This document shows, piece by piece, positions 63,436 through 64,000 of a stretch of 64,000 nucleotides of DNA. The stretch is taken from contig JBHGNT010000006.1 in NCBI GenBank assembly GCA_043228905.1, forward strand, positions 13,330,001 through 13,394,000. Direction: 5' to 3'. The translations under genes and the position numbers were made by a program. How positions within the stretch are numbered: the stretch's first letter is position 1; the number at the start of each line of letters is the position of its first letter. The notes below the pieces were generated by a model. It did not search any database, was not told the origin of the DNA, and saw only the letters and a list, made by a program, of their open reading frames with translations. Source of the stretch: Azolla caroliniana (Eukaryota > Plantae > Polypodiophyta).

Positions 63436-64000
63436 TTTTTTGCTGTCGATTTCATTCATATTTGTCCAGCTTGATAGAAGTATTGATGTCGTGGGCATCA
63501 AATTCCTCCATTAGCTGAGTTATTCCTTCCTGATGGCTAGCTGCCAGGTCATACAAGTCCCAAGCTAGGTCTTCATGTACTGTAGAGATGTCCTCCTCCG
63601 TCATCTTGAAGAACCCTTCAATGGCCTTGCGCTTTCCTATTCTCCTTGTCAGCCTGCAACAGTTGCAATTCGGCTGCCTGCACCGACCAAGTCTTCCTCC
63701 GTACCTCCTCCACAATCGACCGACTCTTCCTCTTGGCCACACCATTCTATTCTGGTGTGTATAAATAGCTGAAATCCCGTTGAATTCCTTTGTGCTATAG
63801 ATAACTATTGAGTTGGGTGGAAAAATACTCTTTTCCGCCATCTGATTGCAGGCACTTGATCTTTCTCTCTGTTTCCCATTCGACAAGGCTTTGTAGACTT
63901 CGCTTTTCTTCTTGATGAGATAGATCCACGTGTGTTGGCTGGCTGTAGTCGTCAATGAAGGAGACGAAATATCGGCTCCCACCAAGACTAACATTTTATG
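63436..64000 (-). pseudogene. Fused fragments: Copia family-J integrase piece (~63700-64000) and ORF3 C-terminal motif (~63440-63690)
   Basis: The DNA resembles 53973-54270 in inverted orientation. GFFKMTEEDISTVHEDLAWDLYDLA matches the ORF3 C-terminus. Confidence 0.7.

Noticed and set aside
53973-64000. Inverted family-J Copia fragments (53973-54270 and ~63700-63985) as ends of one composite element
   Set aside because: They are diverged internal integrase pieces with no terminal structure or TSD. Independent decayed copies are the simpler explanation.

Overview
This is eukaryotic, TE-saturated DNA, most likely non-seed land-plant (bryophyte-like) heterochromatin; the host assignment is inference. 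No intact host gene, rRNA or CRISPR array is visible. The window is a stack of nested LTR retrotransposons whose boundaries and target-site duplications (TSDs) can be read directly. It holds Athila/OTA-like Gypsy elements (A0, A1, A2, B, G) with an extra 3' ORF, and an unusual Gypsy (F) with a tRNA-Trp PBS, 4-bp TSDs and a -1 frameshift after the protease. It also holds two chromoviruses (D, E), Tnt1/Tork-like Copia elements (C1, C2 and a near-intact young H), and a decayed MULE-type transposase interrupted by a TA-flanked TIR element that contains a ~1.5 kb foldback. The main finding is that two Gypsy families with unrelated LTRs (A1, B) have no polypurine tract. In its exact position they carry a sense copy of a tRNA-Arg 3' end ending in CCA, plus a T-arm-matching box separated by a covarying hairpin. 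This suggests tRNA-primed plus-strand synthesis (dual-tRNA priming). tRNA identities are from recalled plant tRNA sequences and all counts are by eye; both need computational confirmation.
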